From: Octopus vulgaris
Lineage: Eukaryota
DNA: 64,000 nt
Reading direction: 5' to 3'
NCBI GenBank assembly: GCA_951406725.2
Contig: OX597817.1
Location: forward strand, 151,218,001-151,282,000
The notes under the pieces are model-generated. The model searched no databases, was not told where the DNA came from, and was given only the letters and a program-made list of their open reading frames with translations. Below are positions 28,985 through 42,333 of this stretch, piece by piece. Within the stretch, counting starts at the first letter, position 1. Every line of letters starts with the position of its first letter. A program made the position numbers and the translations under genes.

Positions 28985-29575
28985 CACTAGCGTAGCTAGG
29001 GGTGGAGGCGATAGAGGCGGTCCGCCCTGGAAGGCACTTTTAAAGGGGCACCACTCTTGGGTCTGCTGGAGGCAATATGTGGGATCTTTTCAGTTTGAAC
29101 GGCAGTTTTTTCTAGCGGAGTCATATGAAATTGTCACCCATAATTATGACCCTAGTATCGATCTATTGCATTTCAATCTGTTTTAGGGTTAGGGGTGGCG
29201 GGAAGGGTATCTTTTTTTATTCAGAAATGTAAATAAACCCAATCTGTTTCTTAAACGAGAGACATTTTCATACGGCACAGAATGTTTTCACCTCAATAGA
29301 CGTCATTGATTGGTTGAAATTGCAGAAATTGAAGAAAAAAAACCCAACAAATATCTTACAAACTATAGAATTTTCTCAATAAAGCCAAGAGAAAAAGATG
29401 TTTTATAAACACATTCTACCAGTATACGAAGTTTAAAAGTGTTTAGTTACGTGGAAATTATTTTAAAAAACTGCCGGTCAAACCGAAAAGATCCAATATG
29501 TGTTTTTTTTGTGGCGCCCGGGAGCGGCAAAAGGAAGGGCTGCTCCAGGCGGCACACATTCTAGCTAGGCTAGGG
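28985..29575. mobile_element. hAT-like MITE hosting the nested 29082-29494 MITE
   Basis: CACTAGCGTAGCTAG...CTAGCTAGGCTAGGG termini, imperfect TSD TGTAAAGC/TGTAAGCC. Confidence 0.65.
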
Positions 29576-30122
29576 TGTAAGCCTATCTTTAAACATTGAA
29601 TTAAAGATTGAACCGCACCCTGTCAAAACGGGGTGGGGGTTTACGAAAAACTGATCACGTCATAAGAATTTTAAAACTTGTAGAGACATGAATTCGTTTT
29701 TAACACTCGAACTTGAAGCAGATAAAGCTACAAGAAAAAAGTATATAAATATTGAGTTGCCAACCTGAGTACAGATGGTGATGTTGACTTATGGCGATGG
29801 TGGTGGTGGTGGTGATGTTGCTGGTTATGATGATGACCGATGATGACGATATTGATATTGACGACGGCCTAGACGTCGTGGTCGTGGTTGCCGAAGTCGC
29901 CGTTATTGCTGTTTAGCCCCAGGCCAGATTTGAAGAAGAACATTTATAATCCAACGCGTCCCGACAATGTCCACTTTGTCTAGGATGTATTTCAAAAGTA
30001 ACTTCGTTGCTATTTCTTGCAGTTCAATGTGGCAAAGTAAAGGTTCCCTATGTAGCCTTGAGAATACAGTTTTTAAATCTACAATGTGTATCTATATTTC
30101 CTCTCTGTCACCTTAAAAATAA

Positions 30123-32386
30123 CACTGGTCAACAAAATGAACCTTTTTTTAATTATCAGAGTTGCTGATTGACTTTTCTGGGTTAATATTTGATGCTGAT
30201 TACGAATCTGAAGTCCGATTTCCTCTATCAGGTCACACTTTCATGTTAATGATACTTGCTGTTTTATCTTATAGGATAAGTAAAGCATTTCTATATAAAG
30301 TATATTGAACACAAGATACGATAATCTCATGGCTTTTTATTGTACAAAATTAAAATTATTGTCTACATATAAGTTAGAATACATTCAAATGCATAACAAC
30401 TTAAAATCTTTGGGATTTGGACTTTCTATGGAGTTTTATCTCAGGTTCATCCCTGTATGACATCCGACAGTAGTCAGTTAACATTCCTGCATTCCAAAAT
30501 CCTTGATATCGTTGTTCCATCGATGCAATATCTTGATGAAAGCGTTCCCCTTGCTCCTCAGACACTGCTCCAAGGTTCTCTGCAAAAAGTCCAGATATGA
30601 ATCAAGGAAATGAACTTTTAGTGACATCCGACGGCCCATTGCAGCGTAAGAGTCTAGAAGACATTTCACTCCATCTCTAAACTGTAGAGATCTCTTGTTG
30701 CTTAGGAAATTTTCACAGAGACATTTGAAGGATTCCCAGGCTTTAAGCTCAGTCTCATCCAGTGCTGCGAGGGAGTGGTTGTCCTTCAGGAGTTCTTTTA
30801 TCTGTGGACCTATGAATATGCCCGCCATCAGTTTTGCCACGGTGATTTTTGGAAATTTGGCCTTCACATATTCAAAACCTTTTGAGCTTTTCCTGGCAAG
30901 TGTCTTCACAAATTATTTCATGAGGCTAAGCTTTATGTTAAGAGGGAAAGAAGAACATTTTCTGGGTTTAAAAGTTTACTCTGGGCGCTAGAAACTCCCG
31001 ACTCATATGATTTTCGCAAAGGCCACTCTGATTGCACATAGTGCTTGTTAGTTGCACGACTGTCCCATGGGCATAAAAAAGCAACAATATTTTGTGAACC
31101 CAGATTGCATTACCATCAACATTCCAATCACCTTTAAAGTCTCCACATATTTTCCAGCTGTAGTTTGTATACTTTATGGCATTGAGGAATACTTGCATGT
31201 TTTCGTAACAACCCTTCATGTGCATTGAATGTCCTATGGGAATGGATGATTTCTTATTGTGTAGTAGTACTGCCTTGAGGCTTCTCTTAGATGAATCAAT
31301 GAATAAGCGCCATTCAGCTGGAATATGCTCTTGGAACAAACAGCGAAACAACTCATCAGTGTTATTACTGAAACAAAGTGGTCCATCAACAGAGAAGCAT
31401 GAAATCAGATCCCTATTTCTCTTCCTGAAATAAGTAATACAAACATCTTGCTTAAGCAAACACTTTTCTTCTAGGCGAGATGGTAATAGTTCAGCTTTAT
31501 CCTTCGACAATGACAAGTTTCTAACTAAATCATTTAACTCTTCTTGAGAAAATTTCTGTGGTACGTCTTCATTTTCAATCGTGAAATCTGCATCCACTTC
31601 GGTGTCTTCCACAGTAGTAGTATTTTCTTCAGGAAATACATCTTCGTCAGACATCTGAAGGTCATTTTCTGGTAGTATTGGAATAGGAAGATCATCATCG
31701 TTGTGTGATACTGGTCTTCTTGCTGATTCCAAGTTCGGATACACAATCTTATGCTTTGTCTTTACAGTAAACCCACAAACATTAACGTTGCAGAAATGAC
31801 AGTCCAAGAAATGATCCTTTGGCTCTCTCCATATCATAGGCTTTACAAACGGCATTGCTCTCTACCTCTTATTTAGCCAATCCCTTAGTCCATTTGAACA
31901 AGCTGAGCAGATGATGTGCGGGACCCTTATCTTGATCCCCAAGAGAGCAGCCAAAGTATAACTGGTAGATCTTCTTGATCTCACTTGTGATGGCACGTTG
32001 CTGGGTTTTGGTGGTAAATGAACCACAGACATGACAAAATATATCCGGACTGTTCTTGCAATGCCTTGATATTCTGAGTAGAATTTGATGATGATGATGA
32101 TGATTTGGCACCTTAAACAGAAAGTAAAATTTATGAAAAGAAAAGCTTATGAAAACATAAAATTACAAAATGAATACAAATAGTTATAAAACAAAAATCA
32201 GAATTTACCTGTATAAGACGTTTACGTGTAGCGATACTGCTGATGGGAGTTATATACCTCTCTCTTATCTCATCCGAAAAACTGTGCCCGATAGAAGGAA
32301 ACCGATTACATTTTTGAAATCTGCTGACAAAACTACATATAAAACACCATATAATATCCCTGATGGAAATTGGCTGTTGACTAGAG
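30123..32386 (-). mobile_element. Full-length decayed Chapaev3-type (CMC) DNA transposon
   Basis: Terminus CACTGGTCAACA at 30123, degenerate inverse TGTTGACTAGAG ending 32386, TAA on both flanks (3-bp TSD), imperfect inverted subterminal blocks, internal transposase pseudogene. Confidence 0.85.
30401..32072 (-). pseudogene. Chapaev3-type transposase pseudogene
   Basis: Motifs CKNSPDIFCHVCG, PMIWREPKDHFLDCHFC, EWRLFIDSSKRSLKAVLLHN, ICGDFK, GIFIGPQIKELL, MSLKVHFLDSYLDF spread over several frames with stops. The probable start is mutated to ATA. Putative 5' intron 32112-32208 (cag|gtaaat...tttaag|). Confidence 0.88.
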
Positions 32387-32559
32387 TAATTTGCTTTGCA
32401 TTTGATAAATAAATACATAAATAAATACATAAATAAATACATAAATAAATAAACAAACAAACAAAGAAAGAAAGAAACAAATAAATTAATATATTTTCAA
32501 GAGGAGACAATCTGATAAATCCACAGTTATCTACCCTGACTTGCCTGTAGTATTTGCTG

Positions 32560-32612
32560 TATAAAAGTGAAAAACCATTTGTTCCCCTTCCTTTCGCATC
32601 AAGATGGCTTCT
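32560..32612 (+). promoter_or_regulatory. SSR4 core promoter: TATA box, TCT/TOP-like initiator, TISU/YY1-like start context
   Basis: TATAAAAG at 32560-32567. TC-C-TTTC with the putative +1 C at 32591, 31 nt after the first T of the TATA box. CAAGATGGC surrounds the ATG. Confidence 0.65.
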
Positions 32613-32679
32613 CAACTTCCCTCAACGATGACCGTCTCTATCTTTTCTTTGCTTCTGCTTCTACCTTTATTCGCTTCAG
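32604..32679 (+). CDS. SSR4: SSR4 exon 1 (signal peptide)
   Basis: ATG at 32604, hydrophobic core [13 protein letters not shown], donor CAG|gttcgt (phase 1). In-frame alternative ATG at 32628. Confidence 0.88.
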
Positions 32680-35600
32680 GTTCGTTGAATTTATTTATTT
32701 ACATATTAAGAGATATTTCTATTTAGAAAAAGGAAAAAAAAAAAAAAAAGACAATGATTATTTCATTACAGATTGTTTGAAAGTAAAACTGCCTTAAACA
32801 GACGATGATTGTTGACGTGGCGTTTTCTAAACGCCCTGAAATATTTGTTTGGTGGCAGCTGTCTGCTAGTTTCAAACATCTATTGCCGATTTAATATAAA
32901 GAGTAAATCTAATTATAAGTGATCTCTGGCTGAAACATTTAGAATTTAATTTACCTTTACGCCTACAAATCAATGAAGATAACGTAACAAACTTAGAATA
33001 GGATTTTAAATAATTGAATTAAAAAAATGGGGATGGAATGAAATGAGATTAAGCTTAGTGATCAGTTTTAATCTAGGTTTTTCGTCTTGGAAATTCTAAT
33101 TTTTATAACCTGACTGAAATGTTTGTTATATTTTTTTGATCCGATTTATATTAAAGCATTTTATTTCTCTAATATCCTGTAAAAATACTCGTATTTTAAT
33201 TGCATATCTATATACTTGTAGTGCACCTGAGCACTGTATACAATAATTTCATTATTATTATTATTATTATTATATACAGGCCTCTGTGTGATTACTTAAC
33301 CTACTATGTAGTATTTTACCATTGTGATTCTAATATCAAAAAAAAAAAAAAAAAAATTGTACTGATGATAAAAGGAAAAACATACTGATACGATATTTCG
33401 TTTTTGGATTTGGTTTGCAAGATTCTTTAAATGAGTTCGTGTGTTGAAGCATATTCTGTTGTGTCTGGGGAGAGTAATTTTCTTTTTATGTATATATTAC
33501 ATTGAATAAAAATTACACACATACATGCATACATGAAAATGTATGCATTCACACCTGTATGTATATCTGTAATTTTTGTTCGATCTAACATTATAGTTCC
33601 TTTTCAACCAATTTTGTCCAAGCTCGTGTATGAAATCGATTGGTTATAATGAACACACCCACTGTTGACAAATATACGGGTGCTTGTTTTTTCTGACTTA
33701 TGGGTTCTTAGACGACTATATATATATATAGGCAGATCTGGCGCAGAAAGATAGGAATCCGGTGAAAAAAAAATCGGAAAGGTCAGTATGTGTGTGTGTG
33801 GGGTGACTGTGCGCCAGGCCCGCCTATATATATATGTATATTACTGGTGTAGGCCGGTTTATAGGGTTACCCTGGGTTTCTCGCCATAGAGGGTACCTTC
33901 ATAGCGTATCTTCAGACCCTAAGACTTGTTGGCCTATGGACTCTTTAAAATATGGAAGGGAAACGATAGATATAAAAAATGGAGATTATCTCCCACGTTT
34001 CCCCATCCATATTTTAAAGCGGCCATAAGCCAACAGGTCTTAGGATCTACCTGTAAACCGGCCTTCACCAGTAATAAATATAGACTACTCTACTTCTTGG
34101 AGTGTGTTTCTTCTCTGGATTTATGTTTTTCTAAAAGAAAAAAAACAAAACGATATATATATATACATACATACAAAACTTGCTTTTCTTCATTATGAAT
34201 AATGTGTATTTCAGTCCTTGAATTATGTTTTTAAAAACAGTTGAGAACCCACTGCTCTACAATGGACATTAAATAATGTAGATCTGGATATCTATAAAGG
34301 AAGTTGGGATGGTCATAGTTAATTTTGATGAGTTGACTGAGGGGAATTGTGTCGTACAGGAAATTTCTATTAATATGATGATTAATGAAAGTGCAATTAA
34401 TTTTTTTGCATCGTTGGGATTATGCTGTAATGAACCCAATATGTTTGCAGAATTGTCACATATTGCTCTATAGAGTTATGTATTGATGTGCTTAAAATAA
34501 TAAAGAGTGAATTTATTCAATAAAATCACCATTTGCTTCAACCATGGCCTCCGGACAAATTCGGAATCTCCTGCAACTCTTTCGGGCAGTCTCCATGTTT
34601 AAGTTGGTGAATGTTGTCATAATCTTTGCCTTCAGTTCAATTTTGGTATTACAAGGCGTTTTGTTGGTCTCATTCATATGTGCTACACACATTATAATCA
34701 AGGGGGTTGCAGTCTAGGGAGTTAGGTGGCCAGATATTAGGAGTGATGTGGTTGCAGAAATTTTCTGACAGCTATGACTGGGTTCACCTGCTTGTGTGGC
34801 ACGGTGCTGAGTCCTGTTGCCAAAGATAGGTTCTTCCAGCAGCCACCCTCTTCACCCAGGGCAACACTACCTCCTCCATGTACTTGATGTAGGCCTTTGT
34901 GTTGAGTCTAAGGCCATGTGGGAAGATGAATGGGGGTATAATGTTGCCATCACTAGTGATCACTCCAAACACCATGACAAACTGGATGTTTGGCTTTTAT
35001 CACTCTCAGTACATGTCCCCAGAATGATACCCAAACACTTTGAAATGTTCATATTGGAGCTTCTGACGTGAATGCGAAGCAGTACAGCATGTCATTTCCA
35101 AATTTCTAGTAGAGTGAATTGCTTCATGGTGCTGTTTTTCTCACAGATGGTGCCCAACTGACTTTACTATACTGTGTAGTTGACAAAATCAAAAACCATG
35201 CGCATGCGCAAAATTAAAAGTATAAAATGGCAAAAGTTTACCTATTGCACCCTGTACATTCGCCACTGGATGGGGTGCTGGTCTGTCGCAGGGATACTCA
35301 ATTTTACCAGCTCAGTGGACTGAAGCAATGTGAAATGAAGTGTTTTGCTCAAGAACACAATGCATTGCCCAGTCCAGGAACCAAAACCATGATCTTATGA
35401 TCATGAGTCCAACACGCTAACCACTAAGCCATACTCTTCCACAGAGGAAGAGCAATAAATGAGGTAGGAAAGCCTGAGTGGATGTGGCAATTTTGTGGAG
35501 TAGAAGCCATTGTAGTAGCTGTTGAAAAGTAGAGAGAAGCTATATTTTGTCTGTGGGCCAGAGGTTGGGGCATATCTGTGAATGACTTTACCCCAATCAT

Positions 35601-38600
35601 TTCAGTGACCTTTTCTGAATGGATTTAAATTGTCTTTGTGTACAGCAACAGCATTGTCCCAGATGTGGGAACAATACTCTGTTGTAGTCAGCAACTGAGC
35701 TATGTAGAGTGTCAATAATTGCTGGGAGATGAAGTCTGAGGTGCAGTCATTAAAGATTTCCCCTGATCCATTTCCCAAGGACTGGGATAAATGAAACTTG
35801 GCATGATTATTAGGCCTTCTTTACATAGCTACCACCAATGATGACACACTTCTCCCATTGCTTTATGCAGCTGTGAAGATCTCATCTGTAGAAATTGGCA
35901 GGTTGTTCTGGAGCCAAGACTTTATTATGGAAATAAGTTCATCATCATCCAAAATGTGCTTCCCCTTCAAAAAAAAAAAACTTCAGGTTGGAAAGAAGTG
36001 TAAGCCAGATGGTGCGAGGTCTGGAGAGTAAAGGGATGAGGAAGGATTTCATAGCCACTGGAGTGTGCTTTCATCTGGGCAGCGTAAGCATTGTGAACTG
36101 GGACATTGTCCTTTGGTCAGCATACTACGCCTCTCTGCTTTGATGGCATCCTGCAATTTATGCAGCAGAGCAGCATAATATGCCCCATTAATTGTGGTGC
36201 CCTTGGCCAGAAATTCTATCATCACTACTCCACACTGGTCCCAAAAGACTGTGAGCATCATCTTGCCTTCTGTAGATTGGACACAAGCCTTTTTTGGAGG
36301 TGGTGAGTTATCATGCTTCCATTGCTTCAACTGGACTTTAGTCTTAGGATCATAGTGACGGACCTATGTTTCATCCTGTGTGATAAGTCTACCAAAAAAG
36401 ACCTCCTCGTTTTCTTGGCATATTGCCAAAAGAGCCTGGGAGCAATTGACTCGTTCCTGCTTTTGAAATGGTGTGAGCATCCAGGGAATCCATTGTGCAG
36501 ACAATTTCTGCATGTGTCATGGAGGATTTTTTTTTTCCACAGACTCTACACTTATCTTCACTTCTTGGGCTAGTTGCTGAATAGTTATGTGGTGATTCTC
36601 CAATATGTCAGCTTCCACTTTATGGAAGGGCATAATGGTGGATTGTAGTCATCCAGGAATAGGAGTAGTTTTCATCAATGTCCGACCACATTTGAACTGG
36701 TGATGCCAGTGCTTAACTACATCATATGATGGTGCATCATCACCAATAAGCTTCTTTCATCTCATTGAAAGTCTCTTTTGGTATACAACCTTTTAAATAT
36801 AAGAACTTGATCACTGATCTGAACTGCCTCCCTTATAACACATTAGTTGATTTCAGCAGCTGTAAAAGACAAATGAATACTAGTGGAAATCCAAAAAAAT
36901 ACAATGTGACCTGTAGAGACATGGTTATACCTTCAATAACTGGAAGTGGGTCAGGGGAAATCTTTAACAAACACCCTTTGTATGTTCTGGCACTGAAGAG
37001 AAGGACCACCCACCCTTTGGAATGTGGTATTAGCTATATTAAGTATATTTTTTTACCAGAAGAGACCCTTGGTGTTAGTGGGGCCCAATTTTTGGAGCAA
37101 TTGTGATAGCTCTACACTTTTTCTCTCCCTCTTCTCATTCCTTTTATGTCCTACAAAACTTTATTCCTGATGTTTTATTTAGTCCCTACTCTGAGTTGCA
37201 ATCCTCTAGAATTATCTCTGCACATTTTTTTAAGCATACTGTATGTTATCTACATAAAGGACTTCATTATCCAATGTGTCTTCCCAATTTTTAAGATGGT
37301 TGTGTGATATGAGGGAGATTTGACTGCTATTTCTCACAAGTTGAACAATTATACAGAATAGTTTAGTTTAGCTTATATTTCCCCTACTGGAACCAACATG
37401 TTAAACATTGCTTGAGGAAGTAAAAGTTGTAACAAGGGTCATTTACCATCATTCTATGCATTTCATAAGTATGTTGATGGGTTTCACTCTGAGCTCTAAT
37501 TTTTTCATAGTGAACATTCTAGCCACCTCAGACATTTAGTGAAGAATGCCCTTAGAGAAACCAAGCTGAAATGAAAGGGAGGTGATGTGCTACTGCAATA
37601 CTGATGAAGCTTGAGAAATCTAGAGGCATTGTCCTTTCAAGGGCTAAACAATTAATAAAAAGAGAAATTTCTCATTAATTAACAGAGTTAATCCTCCTCT
37701 GTTCTTTTGTTGATCCCATATTAAAATATTATCATGATCATCATTTTGTGTCTGTTTTTCATGGTGGCAAGGGCTGGATGGTTCAGCAAGATCCAGTGAA
37801 TTGGAGGACCACATCTTGCTCCAATATCTTAGTTTCATCATGGTTTCTATGACCGGATGCCCTTTGGAACCACTTTACAGTGTATACTGGGTGCATTTTT
37901 TTGTGGCATCAACAGTACAGAGGTTGTCTTGCTGTCAGTAAGACCAAAGATTCCTCTCAAGCCCTACAGTATTGCTGTTCACTTCAATTTACCAATCACT
38001 TACAGAGTGTCCTGAGTACATTTTGTGACACCAACATTTCTGGGGTCTCCTTGCAACCCGAAAGACAAAAGAAAGTTTCCATGATGAATAAAATGAAAAT
38101 TAGATTCTTTGCCAGATTACACATTTGTGTTTAGCTTTATTTATTGATTACATAGCCACAATTTTGTTCTTTATATTGTTTTTTTTCTACAACTTTTATT
38201 ACGTATTTTGTCTTTTGTAGGGGATACATGTCTTGGACCAACAGTCACTCCTCAAGTGTACACAACTCCTGAGGCAACAACTTCCTCAGAAACCATTTTC
38301 ATTGTACAGTTCTCATTGACTTGTAAAAATGATTTGACAGTAAGTTTTATTTGTATGCATCTACTAAAATTATTGACTAAATATTATATGAATCCATTAT
38401 AGACTTTGCTGCCCAGAGCTATCAAAATCTATGCTTCTGGCATCCGTGCTGGTGACATGTAAAAAGCACCAATCGATCATGGCCATTGCCAGCCTCCTCT
38501 GGCACCTGTGCTGGTGGCATGTAAAAAGTACCTACTACACTCACGGAGTGGTTGGTGTTAGGAAGGGCATCAAGCTGTAGAAACACTGCCAGATCAGACT

Positions 38601-41600
38601 GGAGCCTGGTGCAGCCTCCTGGCTTCCCAGACTCCGGTCAAACCATCCAACCCATGCTAGCATAGAAGACGGATGTTAAATGATGATGATGATGATGATG
38701 GTGTTAATACTGTTCCTTTGCTTTTATGTATAACAATATCAGCTTAATATTGGATATATCAACCAGTCATCAATTATCCAAAACAGCTGTAAAGATGAGG
38801 CTTGATTTACCATCATTATCATCATCATCGTTTAACATCTGCCTCCTTTGCTGCCATGGGTGGGACAGTTTGACAGGAGCCGGCCAAGCAGAAGCCTGCA
38901 CCAGACTTTGACTGTTTTGGCAGGATTTTTATAGCTGGATGCTCTTCCTAACACTAGCCACTCAGCAGAGTGGACTTAGTGCTTTTTACATGGCACGAGC
39001 ACAAGTGAGGTCAGTTTTGACAAGGTTTTTACAGCTGGATGCCCTTCCTAACGTCAACCACTTTACAGTGTGGATGGGATGTTTTTAAAGTGGCACCTGC
39101 ACTGATAGGGTCATCAAGTAACCTGCAAGACAAAAATCTTTTGAGAGGGGAGGGGGCATTGGAGGAGGTGATCTCATATCAGATGATGAAAGGTTATAGT
39201 GAGACAGAGAGACAGAAACAGGTGTCTTGCTGTAGAGGAGGTACAAGATTACCTGGCCAGAGAGAAAGAAGGAATGAGGACAGAAACAAGTGTGCTACTG
39301 CAAAGGAAATACATGGTTATCCAACCTGAGGGAAGTGCAGGAGAAGGGGAGAGAGAGAGAGAGAGAGAGAGAGAGTGAGAAATAGCAGGATAGAGATGGT
39401 GGCAAAGTGCCAGGTATACTCACAAAGGACGGGGATCAGAATAAAAATGGGATGGTTAAGTAAAGGCAGAGAGAGAGATATAGATGGTGGCAAGTTCTTT
39501 GAGGTTCGAAGGGCATAATATAAGAGGCAGGATATTGCCAAAGAAGCGTGATTAGAGAGTGGGGAGGAAAAGTAAGTGGTGAAAACCTGGGTATATAGAG
39601 TGGGGGGTTTGGCTACCGAATAGCAACGATATAGAGAAACTGGGCTGTGAGGACAGGATTGGGGAGTGAGAGGTTGGTATAGTGGGAAGCACTCCATCGG
39701 TTACAACGATGAGGGTTCCGTTTGATCCGAATCAACGGAACAGCCTGCTCATGAAATTAACATCTAAGTGGCTGAGCACTCCACAGACACGTGCACCCTT
39801 AACGTAGTTCTCGGGGATATTCAGCGTGACACAGAGAGTGACAAGGCCGGCCCCTTGAAATACAGGTACAACAGAAACAGGAAGTAAGAGTGAGAGAAAG
39901 TTGTGGTGAAAGAGTACAGCAGGGATCACCACCATCCTCTGCCGGAGCCTCGTGGAGCTTTTAGGTGTTTTCGATCAATAAACACTCACAACGCCCAGTC
40001 TGGGAATCGAAACCGCGATCCTATGACCGCGAGTCCGCTGCCCTAACCACTGGGCCATTGCGCCTCCACGGTTGGTATAGTGCATACTGGAGGAAATGTG
40101 AGGAAGAGAAGAGATGCAGATTGGTTTGTTGAGGTAGGGTGTGTGAAAAGTTTTCTTGTTACATGTGGGTGGCACATACAGATTGAGGGCTAATGGATAG
40201 CAATGATGTAGAGAGAGGGCCAAGAGGACAGGATTGGGGATGGGGAGGTAAGCATAGTGCATGAAGTGGAAAAGTGAGGAAGAGAAGAGTTGTAGTTTGG
40301 TTTGTTGTGGTAGGATGTGTGAGAAGTTTTCTTATGTGTAAGTGGGACACGGTTCTAGGACAGTTGCGTACTGGGCATTTGCATCCCAGACAATTGCATC
40401 CCCGGACAGTTGTGTCCTTGTATTATTTTGAAATTTTATTTATCTTTTTTTCAGGTGTATATTTTGTTTATTTGGAACAGTTGATTATCAAAGCTAATTG
40501 TAAATAAACACATTTACTAAATCTAAACAAGAGAATAGGTAATAAATAATAAAAAAAGGAATAAAAGAAATAAAGGAGTTCAAAATTTACAAGTTTATTT
40601 TTGATAAAAAAATAGAAACAGATTAACATTCTTACAAAATATTTCAAGATTTAAAATTTATTGTAATTTCACAAATAAACCAAAAGGTATGAATGTTGTG
40701 AGCTATTCCTTTCAAGAAATTTATCTTGTTTTCAGGAGTATACTTATCTAATAATGCCATGATTCTCTTAGATGCAGTTTTACTTTTTGTTGTACTAGAA
40801 TTCCTCTTTCACAGTCCCTATTTTTCTTTAAGGCAATAGCCACCTCCTTTTTCAGTGTCTCAATCAATTTCCAAATTGAAGGGTGTTAACATGATAAAGA
40901 ATATTGCAAAGCATTGTGCAATCTTAAGCTGTTATTAGATCTAGGCAACTGACTTATAACCCTTTCTTGAACATTCCAAGACTCTATAGAAAAAATTGAT
41001 TCCATCCTTATCCCTTTCTGGCTTCATGCTTGGTCAGTGTATGCCGTTTCAAAATAGGCAGTAAATTCTGGAGTCAAATCACAGTCATCGGACAAGTCAA
41101 TAAAAGGAAGAAATGATAATGTGGAAAAATATTATCTTCTCTGTACCATTGTCTTAATCCTAGGTCACAGATTGTGTTAAAAATAGACTTAAGATAAATG
41201 GAAGAGACATGAACTTATTGTTACTTCTGGAAATCATGATTGTTTAATGTCCGCTTTCCATGCTAGCATGGGTTGGACGATTTGACCAAGGTCTAGCAAA
41301 CCAGATGGCTGCACCAGGCTCCAATCTAATCTGGCAGAGTTTCTACAGCTGGATGCCTTTCCTAGCGCCAACCACTCCGAAACTTTTCTACAAAACCTTT
41401 CTGAGCTCCTATTTCAAAGTTAGTCAGAAAAGATTTTGGATTAAGTTACGGTTTGGGTTGCAACAAATATGTGAATAGATGAACATATTTCCTTTGTCTT
41501 ACTTGGAATAAGGGCAAAAACTCTGGGAATACTAAATGTACCTTCTTGGATGTGGGTACAATATAGCTGATAATATATTGATGGACTGATTTTAAAGGTA

Positions 41601-42268
41601 CCATCTGCTGCCCAGTTAGTGAAATTTATCAAATTTTCTAAGCCATCTTCCATTGCAAATATTAGTATTCTATTCTCATCATTGATGCCAGAATCAAATG
41701 CAAGGAATTTCTCTCCAGTTGTAAGAAAACAATAGGATTCCGGTGTCTTGAAATTATTTCTTTGCTGTGGAATTGGTGCGTTTTTGTGCTTTTTGTCTCC
41801 ATCGATGTACATTTCTTCCCATTGATGATAAAGAGGGCATGTGGGTAATTGAAAACTGATCTTCATTAGTAATCATAGATCCAATAAGACTTCTTGCTGG
41901 TCCACATACTGAAATTGAAGTAGTTTTTAACTCGGACATAACTTCTTGTGGTCTGACTTTGGCAGCTGAGGATCCATGGTTATGTTCATTACATTGTGTC
42001 ATGACTGAGTCATTCACTGTACTTTTTCTTGCTTTGCAAGATCACTCTACATGTCTCTAGTATGTTTTTGTTTCATCAGCATTTTTCTCATGATAGTGGT
42101 AGCTGTAACTTTCCTCGTCAACAAATATCTTTCCACCAGTGTTAGATTTTCTAAACTTAGCCATGGGTTTCAAATAAAACTTTGGGCAAGTGTCTTTTAC
42201 TATAGCCTCGGGTGACCAAAGCCTTGTGAGTGGATTTGGTAGATGGAAACTGTAAGAAGCCTGTCGTA

Positions 42269-42333
<65 letters not shown>

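Noticed and set aside
30968-31855. 295-aa ORF as a domesticated host gene
   Set aside because: It is one piece of a transposase broken by frameshifts and stops on both sides, inside intact TE termini.
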